From Candidatus Sumerlaeota bacterium (GTDB taxonomy: Bacteria > Bacillota > SLNR01), in assembly GCA_040766585.1 (NCBI GenBank), contig JAXGQE010000012.1:20504-84503 (forward strand): a stretch of 64,000 nt of DNA. The letters are read 5' to 3'. A program made the position numbers and the translations under genes. Numbering within the stretch: position 1 is the stretch's first letter; each line of letters starts with the position of its first letter. This document shows, piece by piece, positions 28,389-38,385 of this stretch. The notes under the pieces are model-generated. The model was not told the DNA's origin, did no database searches, and saw only the letters and a list, made by a program, of their open reading frames with translations.

Positions 28389-28422
28389 AAAACCCAGATC
28401 CTTTCAGGAACTGGGTTTTTCA
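28389..28422. terminator. Bidirectional intrinsic terminator (DUF2905 / MFS convergent pair)
   Basis: aaacccag-loop-ctgggttttt. Confidence 0.6.
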
Positions 28423-28440
28423 TTCATCTTTGGACCGCTT

Positions 28441-29691
28441 TTACGATTTGTTCTGAGCCGGGTACACCGGGGCCGGAGAAATGAATGAGAATATGCTGGC
28501 AGTCAGGGGGAGGAACAGGGATACAAACAATATCTGGCTGTACCCGGAGAGAAGATCGTAGGCGGCACCAAAGGGCAGGGGGCCGAAGGCAGACCCTAAA
28601 ACCATCACCGCCATGGTAATCCCCCGGATCTTGCCCAGATGGACCCGGCCGTAGTAGTTGGACCACAGAACATTGGTGCTGATCCCGTCAAACGCCACAA
28701 AAAGTCCATGACACAGGGCATAGACCATCAAAGCTGTTTCGCTTCTGGCCACAACCAGCAAGACCATGGCAAACGCAAGGAGAAGATAATTCAATCCCTT
28801 GAACCAATGGACTTTGATCCTCTCCAGAAGAAAACCCGCCACAAATACCAGAGGTATTTGTGTCATGGCCGTGATACTAAGCAGAAGGGCTGCAAAAGCC
28901 GACCCGAAACCTTTTTCTCCCACAATGGATACCATATGAAAGGTAATGCCGGTGTTCACCAGGGAAGGCACCACCATGCAAAACAGCATCAGCCAGAAGG
29001 CCCGGGTGGTGCGTGCTTCCTCCAGGGTCCAAGAGCGTTCCATGAGATCTTCGCCATCTTCATCCGGATCTTTCTGCAGAGGCTTCCCGTCGGGCTGCAA
29101 TCCCATATCTTCAGGTCGATTTCGCACAAAAAACAGCGCCAGTGGCAGCATTACAAGCAGCAAAGCAGCAGCCCAGAACAACCAGGCCCAGCGTACCCCG
29201 AAATGGACCACCAGGAAATTGTTCAAAGGCGGCATGACGGCAAACCCTAAAACACCTCCCATGGCCGTGAAGCTGAGGGCTCTTCCTCTTCTTTTGATAA
29301 ACCACTGAGGGATCAGCACCGCCGGGATGAGGGACATGGATCCCTGACCAAACAGACGGATCAGCATAAAGCCAATAAAGATCATCCATGGAGCCGACAC
29401 GGTGCTCATCCAGAGACAGGAAATGGAAAACAATATGCATACCGCCATGAGTGATTTCCGATGACCCCGGCTGTCAATCATTCTGCCAACAAACGGCATG
29501 GTCAATCCGGATATCAATGTTGCTGCTGAGTAAAAGCTGGAAACGGCAGTACGGCTCCATCCGTACCGAATAATATATTGATCAATAAAAACAGATACGG
29601 AGTAGGTCTGCCCTGGGCCGGAGAAAAAAAGGGTCAGTGCGCCCAAGACAACAATCACCCAGCCGTAAAAGAAAGAACGATGTGATTTCAT
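28441..29691 (-). CDS. MFS transporter
   Basis: 12-TM MFS topology with the GRMIDSRGHRK loop motif. RBS AAGGAG. Confidence 0.8.
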   Translation of the reverse strand: MKSHRSFFYGWVIVVLGALTLFFSGPGQTYSVSVFIDQYIIRYGWSRTAVSSFYSAATLISGLTMPFVGRMIDSRGHRKSLMAVCILFSISCLWMSTVSAPWMIFIGFMLIRLFGQGSMSLIPAVLIPQWFIKRRGRALSFTAMGGVLGFAVMPPLNNFLVVHFGVRWAWLFWAAALLLVMLPLALFFVRNRPEDMGLQPDGKPLQKDPDEDGEDLMERSWTLEEARTTRAFWLMLFCMVVPSLVNTGITFHMVSIVGEKGFGSAFAALLLSITAMTQIPLVFVAGFLLERIKVHWFKGLNYLLLAFAMVLLVVARSETALMVYALCHGLFVAFDGISTNVLWSNYYGRVHLGKIRGITMAVMVLGSAFGPLPFGAAYDLLSGYSQILFVSLFLPLTASIFSFISPAPVYPAQNKS

Positions 29692-29760
29692 TTTTCGTCT
29701 CCTTGCATCATCAGAGAGTGATTCAACCCATTGCAAGTCAATCAAAAAAGCCATGCTTTT

Positions 29761-30750
29761 TTAGAAAACAGACGATCTCCCTCTACTCGCTGCAGAAAAA
29801 AGCGTGGGAGGGGGGCGGATTCCCTCCTCCATGGTTTTCGCCACCAGGGAAGCCGTGAAGGCGATGGTGCCCAATTTCCCTCCGAACAGAAAAAAGACCG
29901 GTTCTGTCAGAAGAAACAGCAGTCCGCAGAGAGATCCGGCCATCAAAATCGTCTGTGGTCTTCGAATGCGCTGGGTGCTGCACATTCCGGAAAAGGATGC
30001 GGAAAAGATGGCTGCCGCCAGGAGTCCCGGATGCAAAAGAGGAAACAAACCGGTCATCAGAGCACCGGCTAGTCCCACCCATCCGGAGCTAGCCACCGCA
30101 TGGAGCCTTTTTGAATAATGAAGCCACTGAGTGAGAAACGCTGCTCCGGCACAGGCCAGCAGCAATCCCACATCTTGATCCAAGTTAAGAACCACAACCG
30201 CTTCCAGATTGAGATAGCGAACGTCCAGAAAACAGATCGCTGTAACCGCAACCCCGAAAAAGGCAGTTACCCCCAATTTCCCGCCCATACCGTGGAAACC
30301 TTTCCGGGCCAGGGTGAATACAACCCCCGCAATCAGAGCTGCTGCCAGCAGTTCCGGATAAGACAATATCCATGCCCCGGTCATTCCGATAAAGGAACCG
30401 CAGTACAGTGAGAACGCATACCCGGATATCCAGGTTCCTGCCGCGATCCCCACCAGTGCAGACGCCATCACCGGAGACAGAGACCCTTCCCGGACCAGCA
30501 TCGCTGCAGCCAAAGCACCGCACACGACGGAAACTACTTCTTTGGGATGAAAAACCAGCGGCGGCATCTTTTGGACTGCGGACGCTGACTGAATGAACCG
30601 ACTGGCCTGGTAAATCACCGCAGCTCCGCAGACAGCCAGGACCAGAGCAGAGCCCATGCTCCCCTGTGTCCAGTGGGCATGGATGCCGGTTGCGATGAAC
30701 GTGACAATAACCAGCGCGAAAAACAGAGTAGAGATGGCTGCAATAATCAT
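29761..30750 (-). CDS. Polytopic integral membrane protein of unknown function (~10 TM)
   Basis: Hydrophobic throughout. RBS AGGAGAAG before the ATG at 30750. No recognisable family motif. Confidence 0.5.
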   Translation of the reverse strand: MIIAAISTLFFALVIVTFIATGIHAHWTQGSMGSALVLAVCGAAVIYQASRFIQSASAVQKMPPLVFHPKEVVSVVCGALAAAMLVREGSLSPVMASALVGIAAGTWISGYAFSLYCGSFIGMTGAWILSYPELLAAALIAGVVFTLARKGFHGMGGKLGVTAFFGVAVTAICFLDVRYLNLEAVVVLNLDQDVGLLLACAGAAFLTQWLHYSKRLHAVASSGWVGLAGALMTGLFPLLHPGLLAAAIFSASFSGMCSTQRIRRPQTILMAGSLCGLLFLLTEPVFFLFGGKLGTIAFTASLVAKTMEEGIRPPPTLFSAASRGRSSVF

Positions 30751-30929
30751 CTTTCTTCTCCTGTCTGTGCTTTTGTATGGTTTCACTGCCCATCCCAGGC
30801 CTTTCGTTACCTGGAAGGCCTATCTTTTCAGCAGTGGGTGATTCTGTTTGGGATCAAACACTGTCAGACATGGAGAGTCGGCCAAAAGTTCTTATCCTTT
30901 CACGGATAAAGGTTCTACCGCTGATTGGA

Positions 30930-31991
30930 TCATCGATCCTTAATCGGGTGAATGGCTTCGTATTCGCGAAAATAGTTTCGGCTTTGTTCTTTTTCACGAT
31001 CCTGGGGCAGGCAGGCTCCCACCATCTGGCATGGGTAGATCAGTTCCAGTCCCAGGGTCCATGGATCCCCGGTTGTACACAGGACAAGATCCTTTATTCT
31101 CGCCTGATCCCCGGATGGATAAATGCGATACACAAAAGGAGATACGCTGGCATGGAGATCGGCCAAAGCTTCCATGCGCATCCCATCGAAATCATCCGGG
31201 ACAAAGTACATGCCTCCCAGATGATAGTGGGTCTGCAGCAAAGGGCCGTGCAGATACTCTTCAAATTCATACCCAGTCGCCGGTTTTTTTACGGTTTCAA
31301 GAATCTTCAAAGCCCCTTCCCGGGCTACTGCCGCCGCTGTATCCTTTCCCACCACCACGTAATTCTGGATGTGAATCAGATCGTTCCGGTTTCTCTCATA
31401 CCACGCCTGAGCCCTCTTCAAATTTTCTTCGGTCCGCTGCACCGAAAGGGCCAAATGGTCCATTGCTGCACAATATGCCTCATCCGACAAATATCCGGAT
31501 CGGTGCCCGGCATGCAGGGCCATGAGAAGCAGGTACAAAATGGTCCCGGTATAGCCGATGGTTTTGGGGCCGGCTGTTTCTTTACCGATTCCCAGATTCA
31601 GCTGCAGATCGGTTCGTTCATGCAGGGGACTGGATTCTTCTCCCGTAAGACCGATTCGATGGTATCCATCCAGCCTTTCGGCTGCGGCCAGCATGTTGGT
31701 TGAAGCCCCGCTTTGAGAAACCAACAGTACGGTCGGCCGGCTACCTCGAATCCGGGGAAGACTGGTGGGGGTGGCTGTGCGGATTTCCACACCCAGGAAC
31801 TGCTCCATGGCATCCGAAGTGCTTTGGATGGCATGCTGAGAAGTACCGCTGCCGATCAGATAGAGCCGGTCCGGTCTGCTTTGGCACCAGTACCGGCTGA
31901 AATCCTCCGTTCTTTCTATGCTCTGCTCGTACATTTGAGCCAGCAGCTTCGGCTGCCCCATCATATATTCCCGCATACCCTTGTTATCCAT
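30930..31991 (-). CDS. SIS-domain sugar-phosphate isomerase/deaminase-like protein (AgaS/FrlB-like, two SIS repeats)
   Basis: LYLIGSGTSQHA and LLVSQSGASTN are SIS phosphosugar-binding motifs. RBS GAGGG. Confidence 0.7.
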   Translation of the reverse strand: MDNKGMREYMMGQPKLLAQMYEQSIERTEDFSRYWCQSRPDRLYLIGSGTSQHAIQSTSDAMEQFLGVEIRTATPTSLPRIRGSRPTVLLVSQSGASTNMLAAAERLDGYHRIGLTGEESSPLHERTDLQLNLGIGKETAGPKTIGYTGTILYLLLMALHAGHRSGYLSDEAYCAAMDHLALSVQRTEENLKRAQAWYERNRNDLIHIQNYVVVGKDTAAAVAREGALKILETVKKPATGYEFEEYLHGPLLQTHYHLGGMYFVPDDFDGMRMEALADLHASVSPFVYRIYPSGDQARIKDLVLCTTGDPWTLGLELIYPCQMVGACLPQDREKEQSRNYFREYEAIHPIKDR

Positions 31992-32167
31992 GATCAGCCC
32001 TCACAGTTCTTACTGAATCCGGATTCATCGCTGCCAATGTACCTATTGGCCAATTGAATCCAATTTCCTCCATGAATGTCAAAGCCGTCTTACTCTGTTT
32101 CCTTTGAGCGCTTGCAGAGAATGCCATTTCATGATAAATTCTAGATACCGGATTATTCCATAAGGGA

Positions 32168-33271
32168 GTGTTCATTCTGTTTAGAAGCAGAGCTTTTCAG
32201 GGAACCGTCTGGCTGCTCATCATCTTTCTGCTTATCTGGGTAGGGCAGCATATCAGCTACATATTCCGACCCATTGTCGTACTGATCACCACCATTTTCC
32301 TGCCGGTGCTTATTTCCGGTCTCCTTTATTATCTGATCAATCCGGTGGTTGATTTCATCAGCAGAGGGAAAATTCCTCGGACTGCAGCCATTTTGGGCAT
32401 ATATTTAATCCTTTTCGGACTGTTGTCTTTAATCATCCTTATTGCTGGACCCATTCTAACTACCCAGCTGAATGATTTAATTGATAACGCCCCTTCTTTA
32501 TTATCCCGTCTCTATGAACGGTTTTTGGAGATTCAGGAGACAGGCTTTCTTTCCCGGTTTGAAGTATACGATCCGTTTGCAGACTGGCAAAATATCGATT
32601 ACGTAGAATTGATCGACAATCTCATTCAGATGATCGTAGGGAATATTTCCAATGTGGCAGGATTCATCGGCAGTTTTGCGGTGGTTGTCTTAACAACTCC
32701 TTTTGTCCTTTTCTATATGCTCAAAGAAGGAAGGCGTTTCCCTGAAAGCGTATCCTCCCAACTGCCCGAATCCATCCGCCAGGACAGCATACATCTTCTG
32801 CAGGATATTAATTCAACACTGCGTGGCTTTGTCCAGGGTCAGCTCTTTGTCAGTTTGTTTGTAACCCTTTTCGTATATATTGGATATCGCATTGTGGGGC
32901 TTGAATATGCACTGCTCTTGGCCCTGATATCCGGCTTCACCAATTTTATCCCCTACTTTGGTCCGATTTTGGGAACACTGCCCGGCCTCATCGTCGGGCT
33001 CATTCAGTCACCCTGGATCGGGCTGAAGGTATTGATTATCATCCTGGTTGTCCAGCAACTGGAAGGGCAGATTGTCTCACCTCTGGTGCTGGGCAGGAAA
33101 CTGTCCATGCATCCGGTGGTAATCATTTTCGTTCTTCTGACCGCAGGAAGCTTACTGGGTGTGATTGGTCTGGTCATTGGTATCCCGCTGTTTGCTGTCA
33201 TCCGAGTTGTTGTCATTCATAGTGTGGCGTTTATCCGAAAGAACAGCGCGTATCTGGGGGCTAATCCATAA
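32168..33271 (+). CDS. AI-2E family transporter (PerM/YhhT-like)
   Basis: 8-TM protein with a conserved ...FTNFIPYFGP... core. Exact start uncertain (GTG at 32168 abuts AAGGGAG). Confidence 0.75.
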   Translation: MFILFRSRAFQGTVWLLIIFLLIWVGQHISYIFRPIVVLITTIFLPVLISGLLYYLINPVVDFISRGKIPRTAAILGIYLILFGLLSLIILIAGPILTTQLNDLIDNAPSLLSRLYERFLEIQETGFLSRFEVYDPFADWQNIDYVELIDNLIQMIVGNISNVAGFIGSFAVVVLTTPFVLFYMLKEGRRFPESVSSQLPESIRQDSIHLLQDINSTLRGFVQGQLFVSLFVTLFVYIGYRIVGLEYALLLALISGFTNFIPYFGPILGTLPGLIVGLIQSPWIGLKVLIIILVVQQLEGQIVSPLVLGRKLSMHPVVIIFVLLTAGSLLGVIGLVIGIPLFAVIRVVVIHSVAFIRKNSAYLGANP

Positions 33272-33284
33272 CAGGCAGATCAAC

Positions 33285-33336
33285 AAAGCAGGCTGTATCG
33301 CCCGGAAACGGAGCAAAACAGCCTGCTTTTTCATTT
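33285..33336. terminator. Intrinsic terminator after AI-2E gene (also convergent to M20 hydrolase gene)
   Basis: 12-bp perfect stem aaagcaggctgt/acagcctgcttt with a ~21-nt loop, then ttttcattt. Confidence 0.5.
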
Positions 33337-33358
33337 CACAGATCATAAAATCACCGGT

Positions 33359-34567
33359 TTACTGGCTGCTGAGCATGGCATCCAGATCCATCAATGTCTG
33401 GAAGTACACATCACAGCCTGTGACAATATCCTGCCAGCGGCTGTTTTCATCGGGACAATGACTCTTCCCATCTATGCTGGGGATGAAGATCATGCCCACC
33501 GGTATCCGTCCAGCCACAGCATTGGCATCGTGGCCGGCGCCGCTGACCATCCGAACAGAAGGTACACCTAACTTTTCACAGGAACCCTCTATGATGCGGA
33601 CCAAATCTGTACTGCACTGGCAGGACCCTTTATCCACTTTCACCTGAAACTCAAAATCTGCCGACTTAATTTTCTCTGCTTCCAGGACCATCTTTTTCAG
33701 AACCTCATCAATCACCGTTCGATCCATGTGCCGCAATTCCAAAACGGCCTCTACACGGCCCGGGATAATGTTGGCCATATTGGGGTGTACATGAACCACA
33801 CCAAAAGTGCCCACCAGCCCGTCGGTACAGCGGATTTCTTCATTGACCCGGCATACCAGACGGGAAAATGCATCGAGAGCATCTTTCCGGGTGGCCATGC
33901 TGGTTGTTCCGGCATGGTTGCTTTCTCCCTTGACATTTAGCTGTGTTCGTGTGATTCCGACAATCCCTGTGACAACTCCCACGGGTATATTCTCATGAAC
34001 AAGATGGTCTCCCTGTTCAATATGAAGTTCCAAGAACGCACGAACCGAAGTTGTATCCACCCGGACCGAACGAAGGTCGTCCGGACTCAGATTCACCTCT
34101 ATCAGTTTGGATACCAAATCCGGCTTCTCCGTATCGATGAGCCCCATCATGGCCCGGCTGCCGAAAGTGCCGCCGAAAGGTCCGCCTTCTTCGGCGGCAA
34201 ACGCCACCAATTGCAGTGTGTTTTCCAGCTCTATACCTTGTTCTCGCAGCGATACCGCAAACTCCAGAGCAGCCAGGGCTCCCAGGGCCCCATCCAGCGG
34301 ACCGCCGTGCATCACGGTATCCAGATGGGAACCGGTCATGATGATGTCCTTCCTCTTCCCATGCAGCGTACCGACCACATTTTCCACCGCATCCACATGC
34401 ACAGAAAGTCCGGCATCGTTCAGTTTCTGGGCATACAGTTGGGCCGCAGACCGGTATTCCGGGCTAAACGCCAGGCGGGTTATGCCCCCCTGGGGGTCGG
34501 CACCTATCTGCGCCCAGAGTTCCAGGTTCTTTCGGAGCCGTTTTGGAGACCACAGTCGCTTTTTCAT
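33359..34567 (-). CDS. M20-family Zn-dependent amidohydrolase (allantoate amidohydrolase / N-carbamoyl-L-amino acid hydrolase / beta-ureidopropionase family)
   Basis: Metal ligands in MTGSHLDTV...ALGALAALE...EEGGPFGG, with the dimerisation-domain architecture of carbamoylases. Confidence 0.75.
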   Translation of the reverse strand: MKKRLWSPKRLRKNLELWAQIGADPQGGITRLAFSPEYRSAAQLYAQKLNDAGLSVHVDAVENVVGTLHGKRKDIIMTGSHLDTVMHGGPLDGALGALAALEFAVSLREQGIELENTLQLVAFAAEEGGPFGGTFGSRAMMGLIDTEKPDLVSKLIEVNLSPDDLRSVRVDTTSVRAFLELHIEQGDHLVHENIPVGVVTGIVGITRTQLNVKGESNHAGTTSMATRKDALDAFSRLVCRVNEEIRCTDGLVGTFGVVHVHPNMANIIPGRVEAVLELRHMDRTVIDEVLKKMVLEAEKIKSADFEFQVKVDKGSCQCSTDLVRIIEGSCEKLGVPSVRMVSGAGHDANAVAGRIPVGMIFIPSIDGKSHCPDENSRWQDIVTGCDVYFQTLMDLDAMLSSQ

Positions 34568-34657
34568 ACAATTATCCCGCCCATCATTTAAACCATGGAT
34601 CCAATGGAGGATCTATGTTGGAAGAACCCCCATTGGATCTGCTTTTCCATGACTTTC

Positions 34658-36082
34658 TTACAGTTTATTCTCCTTCATATACACAGCATTAACCCCGTTG
34701 ATTTCCCAGAACTTCTTCTCTGCAGCTGCGCTGGCGATATCGGCGTGTTTTTGTGCTTCGGCGAATATCTCATCCAGATCAAAGGTCAGCGGTTTGCGTT
34801 TTTCCACCAGAATCTTACCGGCGGCAATGACGGTATCCACTTCATTCCCCTGGGCGCTGTATACCAGGTTGGGGATCATGTTTCTCATGGGTTTGGTGTA
34901 CACAGGGGCCATGGCCGGATGCCGCGTGCTGACGATGATCAGATCAGCTGATTTCCCGGCTTCCAGGGATCCGGTAATGTCTCCGATTCCCACTGCTTTG
35001 GCTCCCTCGATGGTCGCCATCCGGAGTACCTTCCAGCATGGCATGATTTCCGGATCCTCATATTTGATCTTGTTAAAAAGAGCCGTCAGTTTCATCTCGT
35101 TGATCACGTTATGGCAGTTATTCCCCGGAGCCTGGTCGCTGCCCAGAGCCACCATACCACCGGCATCCTGGAATACTTTCGCGGGAGGGACGATTCCGTC
35201 GATGATCCCGATGGACCCGGAACAGAGCACCATGGAAGCGCCGCTTTTTGCGACAGTTTTTACTTCGTCGTCCAAAGCGTCGGTAAGATGAATCCCGATG
35301 AAGCTTTGGTCAAAATAGTCTTGAGAGGCCAGCCACGGGATCGTCCGGCTGCCGTAGCGCATTTCCATTTGTTTGGTTTCACGGGACCCTTGGGAAAGAT
35401 GCATGTGTATTTTCGTATTTCGTTCCTTCACCAGCTTTTTGATCTTGTGAAGCATGTCCTGGCTGACAAAGTCAGCTCCCTGCGGTCCAAACATGACCTT
35501 GATCCTCTGGTTGTCTGCATTGTGCCATTTGTCATAGGTGCTCAGCGCTTCATTCAGAGATTTTTCTCCCAGATTGGGATCGTATTCGTACAGTTCACCG
35601 GGTTCATACACACGATTCACCGCTTCACGGATGCGGACACTGAAATTTCCCCGGGCGCCAAAATCGTGAATGATCTGGCAGATGGCATCCGCGTTGGATC
35701 CATCTTCACCAATGGTGGTAGTGCCGTTCATAATGGCCTCAGCGATCCCCAGTTTGGCCCCGGCGATCTTGGTCTCTTCTGTTGTAGCCGTCTGAAAGGG
35801 CCCCACGCCATGCATCATCCAGTTGTTCACATCTTGAGCCAGTCCTCTCAGTGTTGCCAGGGAGGTATGCATATGCGCATCAATTAATCCGGGTAGAATA
35901 ATGTTATCTCCGGCATCCACCACTTTTTCGGCGGAGTATTCTTTCTCAATTTCTGCAGCCGGTGCCACTGCTGCAATCCTTCCTGCATCGATGGCCACAG
36001 CATAGTCCTCTTGGTAACCGACTCCGTCCCCTTCCAGAGTATACATGTGCTTTCCTTTCACAATCATATCCAGCTTCTTCAT
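34658..36082 (-). CDS. Amidohydrolase-superfamily protein (metal-dependent hydrolase; deaminase/chlorohydrolase-like)
   Basis: PGLIDAHMHTS HxH motif near the N-terminus plus downstream His/Asp ligands. The ATG overlaps the upstream gene stop (ATGA). Confidence 0.7.
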   Translation of the reverse strand: MKKLDMIVKGKHMYTLEGDGVGYQEDYAVAIDAGRIAAVAPAAEIEKEYSAEKVVDAGDNIILPGLIDAHMHTSLATLRGLAQDVNNWMMHGVGPFQTATTEETKIAGAKLGIAEAIMNGTTTIGEDGSNADAICQIIHDFGARGNFSVRIREAVNRVYEPGELYEYDPNLGEKSLNEALSTYDKWHNADNQRIKVMFGPQGADFVSQDMLHKIKKLVKERNTKIHMHLSQGSRETKQMEMRYGSRTIPWLASQDYFDQSFIGIHLTDALDDEVKTVAKSGASMVLCSGSIGIIDGIVPPAKVFQDAGGMVALGSDQAPGNNCHNVINEMKLTALFNKIKYEDPEIMPCWKVLRMATIEGAKAVGIGDITGSLEAGKSADLIIVSTRHPAMAPVYTKPMRNMIPNLVYSAQGNEVDTVIAAGKILVEKRKPLTFDLDEIFAEAQKHADIASAAAEKKFWEINGVNAVYMKENKL

Positions 36083-37488
36083 TGTTCATCGCTTCCTCTC
36101 TTGATTTTGGGTTTTATGATCTCTCCGTAACCCGCTAGTGAATCATCCACCACTCCGTTTTCCATAACGGTTTTCCCTCGGACGACCACGCGCTCTATTC
36201 TTCCTTTCAGTTTCCTGCCGTGATACAGTTCAGCCACATCTCTTCCTTTGGTGTACATGACCTGCTTGTCCACCGTGTGGGTTTGATTCATATCCACTAC
36301 AATTAGGTCTGCATCGTAACTGGGCCGGAGGAATCCTTTCCGATGGTCAATCCCGAATATGCGGGCCGGGTTTTCACTCATCAGCGCCGCAAACTTCTCC
36401 ACAGTCAGCTTGTTATGCGCCAGAGCATCCAGCATCAGCGGCGTGCGGGTTTCAATCCCCGGGAACCCTGCCGGAGCTTTGAATATGTCGCTATACCCCC
36501 TCTGTTTTTCATCCATGGTAAAGGGGGCATGATCACTGCCAATGATATCAATAGTCCCGTCGTTTAGGTATTCCCACATAGCCTGCAGGTATTGAGCCGG
36601 ACGAATGGCGGGGTTGCATTTTCCCATGGGACCCTTTGCAATGGCTTCTTCCTGGGTAACAAATAAATAGTGGGGACAGGTTTCCACCACCACCCGGACC
36701 CCTTCACGGCGTGCTTTTTTCAGCAGCGCCATGGCCGGTGCGGATGACACATGGCAGATCTCAATCCGGGCTCCGGTTTCTTTGGCCAAAAACAGGAGCT
36801 TATGGATGGATTCAGTCTCAGATACAATGGGATGCGATTCATAGTGGGCTTTGGCATCCTTTCGTCCCTCTGCCATTAATCGGGCTGTTTCGCCCTGGAT
36901 AATATCATCGTTTTCAGCATGGTAACACAGCAGCATGTCATGCCTTGCACCTTCCTCCATAGCCTTCAGCAGATGGAAATCATCGTTGATGGTCAATCCT
37001 TCAAATTCCTTTTCCCGCCCCGGCATGGGAGCCTGAAGAAATGTTTTGAATGCAATGACCCCTTGCTCCTTCATCATCTGGACGTTCCCGATGCTGTCTT
37101 CCCCCAGAGCCCCGTAAAAGCAGCAGTCTACCACTATCTGTTCTTGTGCCAGCCGAATGCGGTTGTGAAGAATTTCCGGATTAAAGGGCGGCGGATTGGA
37201 AATGGGATGCTCAAACAGTGTGGTCACACCCCCGGCGGCTGCCGCCAGGGTCCCGGTATAGAATGTTTCTCGCTTTTCACTGCCCGGCTCGCGAATATGG
37301 ACATGAGTGTCAATGGTTCCGGGGAGGATCATCTTTCCCGTACAATCGATGGTTTCCGTATCCGCACTGGTTTCGAATCCCCGGGGAACCAGCTTCCCTA
37401 CTTTTTCTCCCTCAGTAACAAGATCCAGTTCCTGAAGCCGTCCATCCGCATACACGGCAGCATTGGTATACCGTACCTGTTTACTCAT
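36079..37488 (-). CDS. Cyclic amidohydrolase (allantoinase/dihydropyrimidinase/hydantoinase family)
   Basis: PGTIDTHVHIREPG and AFKTF (candidate carboxylated Lys) motifs. RBS ACAGGAGGTG. Confidence 0.8.
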   Translation of the reverse strand: MSKQVRYTNAAVYADGRLQELDLVTEGEKVGKLVPRGFETSADTETIDCTGKMILPGTIDTHVHIREPGSEKRETFYTGTLAAAAGGVTTLFEHPISNPPPFNPEILHNRIRLAQEQIVVDCCFYGALGEDSIGNVQMMKEQGVIAFKTFLQAPMPGREKEFEGLTINDDFHLLKAMEEGARHDMLLCYHAENDDIIQGETARLMAEGRKDAKAHYESHPIVSETESIHKLLFLAKETGARIEICHVSSAPAMALLKKARREGVRVVVETCPHYLFVTQEEAIAKGPMGKCNPAIRPAQYLQAMWEYLNDGTIDIIGSDHAPFTMDEKQRGYSDIFKAPAGFPGIETRTPLMLDALAHNKLTVEKFAALMSENPARIFGIDHRKGFLRPSYDADLIVVDMNQTHTVDKQVMYTKGRDVAELYHGRKLKGRIERVVVRGKTVMENGVVDDSLAGYGEIIKPKIKRGSDEQ

Positions 37489-37507
37489 GGTTCACCTCCT
37501 GTCAATG

Positions 37508-38248
37508 TCACGACCAGTCTACCTGGCGTATTCTCTCCATGGCCTTCTCTCTGAAAGATTCCATCATATCCCGTCCGAAACGAAAAGACGGACCGGCAAT
37601 GGAGATACTTCCGCGGACCCTGCCTTGGGGGCTGATGAGAGGCACCGCAAAGGCACTGACTCCTTCATCCACTTCTCCGGTGGTCCAGGCATAACCCTTT
37701 GCGGCTACTTTCCTTAACTCTTTGTTCAGGTTGTCCGCGGAATACGTTTCATGATAGAGTTCTGTTTGAACCTTCATGGCTTTTTCTCTTTCGTTGAGGC
37801 TTAAAAATGCCGCAATACTCTTCCCGGATGCTCCTTTGAACAAAGGAACCAAACTGCCTGTTTGCGCGGTAATTTTCAGTGTTTTCTCCGCCTCGATGCG
37901 ATCGGTGCAGATCCCCCGGCCGTTATCGTATTCAATGAGAAAAACAGTCTCACCCGTCAATTCAAACAGGCTGGCCAAAACAGGGTGAGCTTTTTGCCGC
38001 AGCACCTCAGAATCATCCCACAGATGAGCCAGGCGGCGGAGTTCTCCTCCCGGTATATATATGCCGTCTGCAGTCATCTGGACAAAATCCTGGTGGACCA
38101 AATTCATCAGCAGACGGTATACCGTGCTTTTGTGCATTCCGGTTAAACGGACAAACTCCCGCAAAGGGATCTCTCTCCGATCCGGCTGAAAGCATTTCAG
38201 CAGGGTGAGGATTCTCTCCACTGACTTCACCTGATAATCCTGGGACAC
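37508..38248 (-). CDS. IclR-family transcriptional regulator (AllR-like position at head of amidohydrolase cluster)
   Basis: N-terminal wHTH (LKCFQ...LTGMHKSTVYRLL) and a C-terminal IclR effector domain. GTG start at 38248 with RBS GGGGGA. Confidence 0.8.
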   Translation of the reverse strand: MSQDYQVKSVERILTLLKCFQPDRREIPLREFVRLTGMHKSTVYRLLMNLVHQDFVQMTADGIYIPGGELRRLAHLWDDSEVLRQKAHPVLASLFELTGETVFLIEYDNGRGICTDRIEAEKTLKITAQTGSLVPLFKGASGKSIAAFLSLNEREKAMKVQTELYHETYSADNLNKELRKVAAKGYAWTTGEVDEGVSAFAVPLISPQGRVRGSISIAGPSFRFGRDMMESFREKAMERIRQVDWS

Positions 38249-38264
38249 TGGGCATCCCCCATTT

Positions 38265-38281
38265 GTTTCACATTGTGAAAC
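38265..38281. promoter_or_regulatory. Perfect palindrome GTTTCACA-T-TGTGAAAC immediately upstream of iclR start (candidate operator)
   Basis: Seen directly. 8-bp arms with a 1-nt spacer, 17 nt upstream of the iclR GTG. Confidence 0.5.
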
Positions 38282-38339
38282 TTTCGTTCCATTCTCTCTA
38301 TATCATTTATCTTTTTTGCTGTATATTCCTTCTGGTCCA

Positions 38340-38366
38340 AAGAAAAAACAGCCTTTTCAGGCTGCT
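38340..38366 (-). terminator. Intrinsic terminator downstream of iron-sulfur flavoprotein gene
   Basis: cagcct-gaaa-aggctg followed by ttttttc on the minus strand. Confidence 0.55.
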
Positions 38367-38385
38367 ATTTCAGGTCTTTTCGGCT

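Noticed and set aside
29783-30793. Gly/Arg-rich ORFs (99-202 aa) overlapping the polytopic membrane protein gene
   Set aside because: Alternative-frame artifacts of a GC-rich hydrophobic gene. The 329-aa membrane protein frame has the RBS and a coherent TM pattern.
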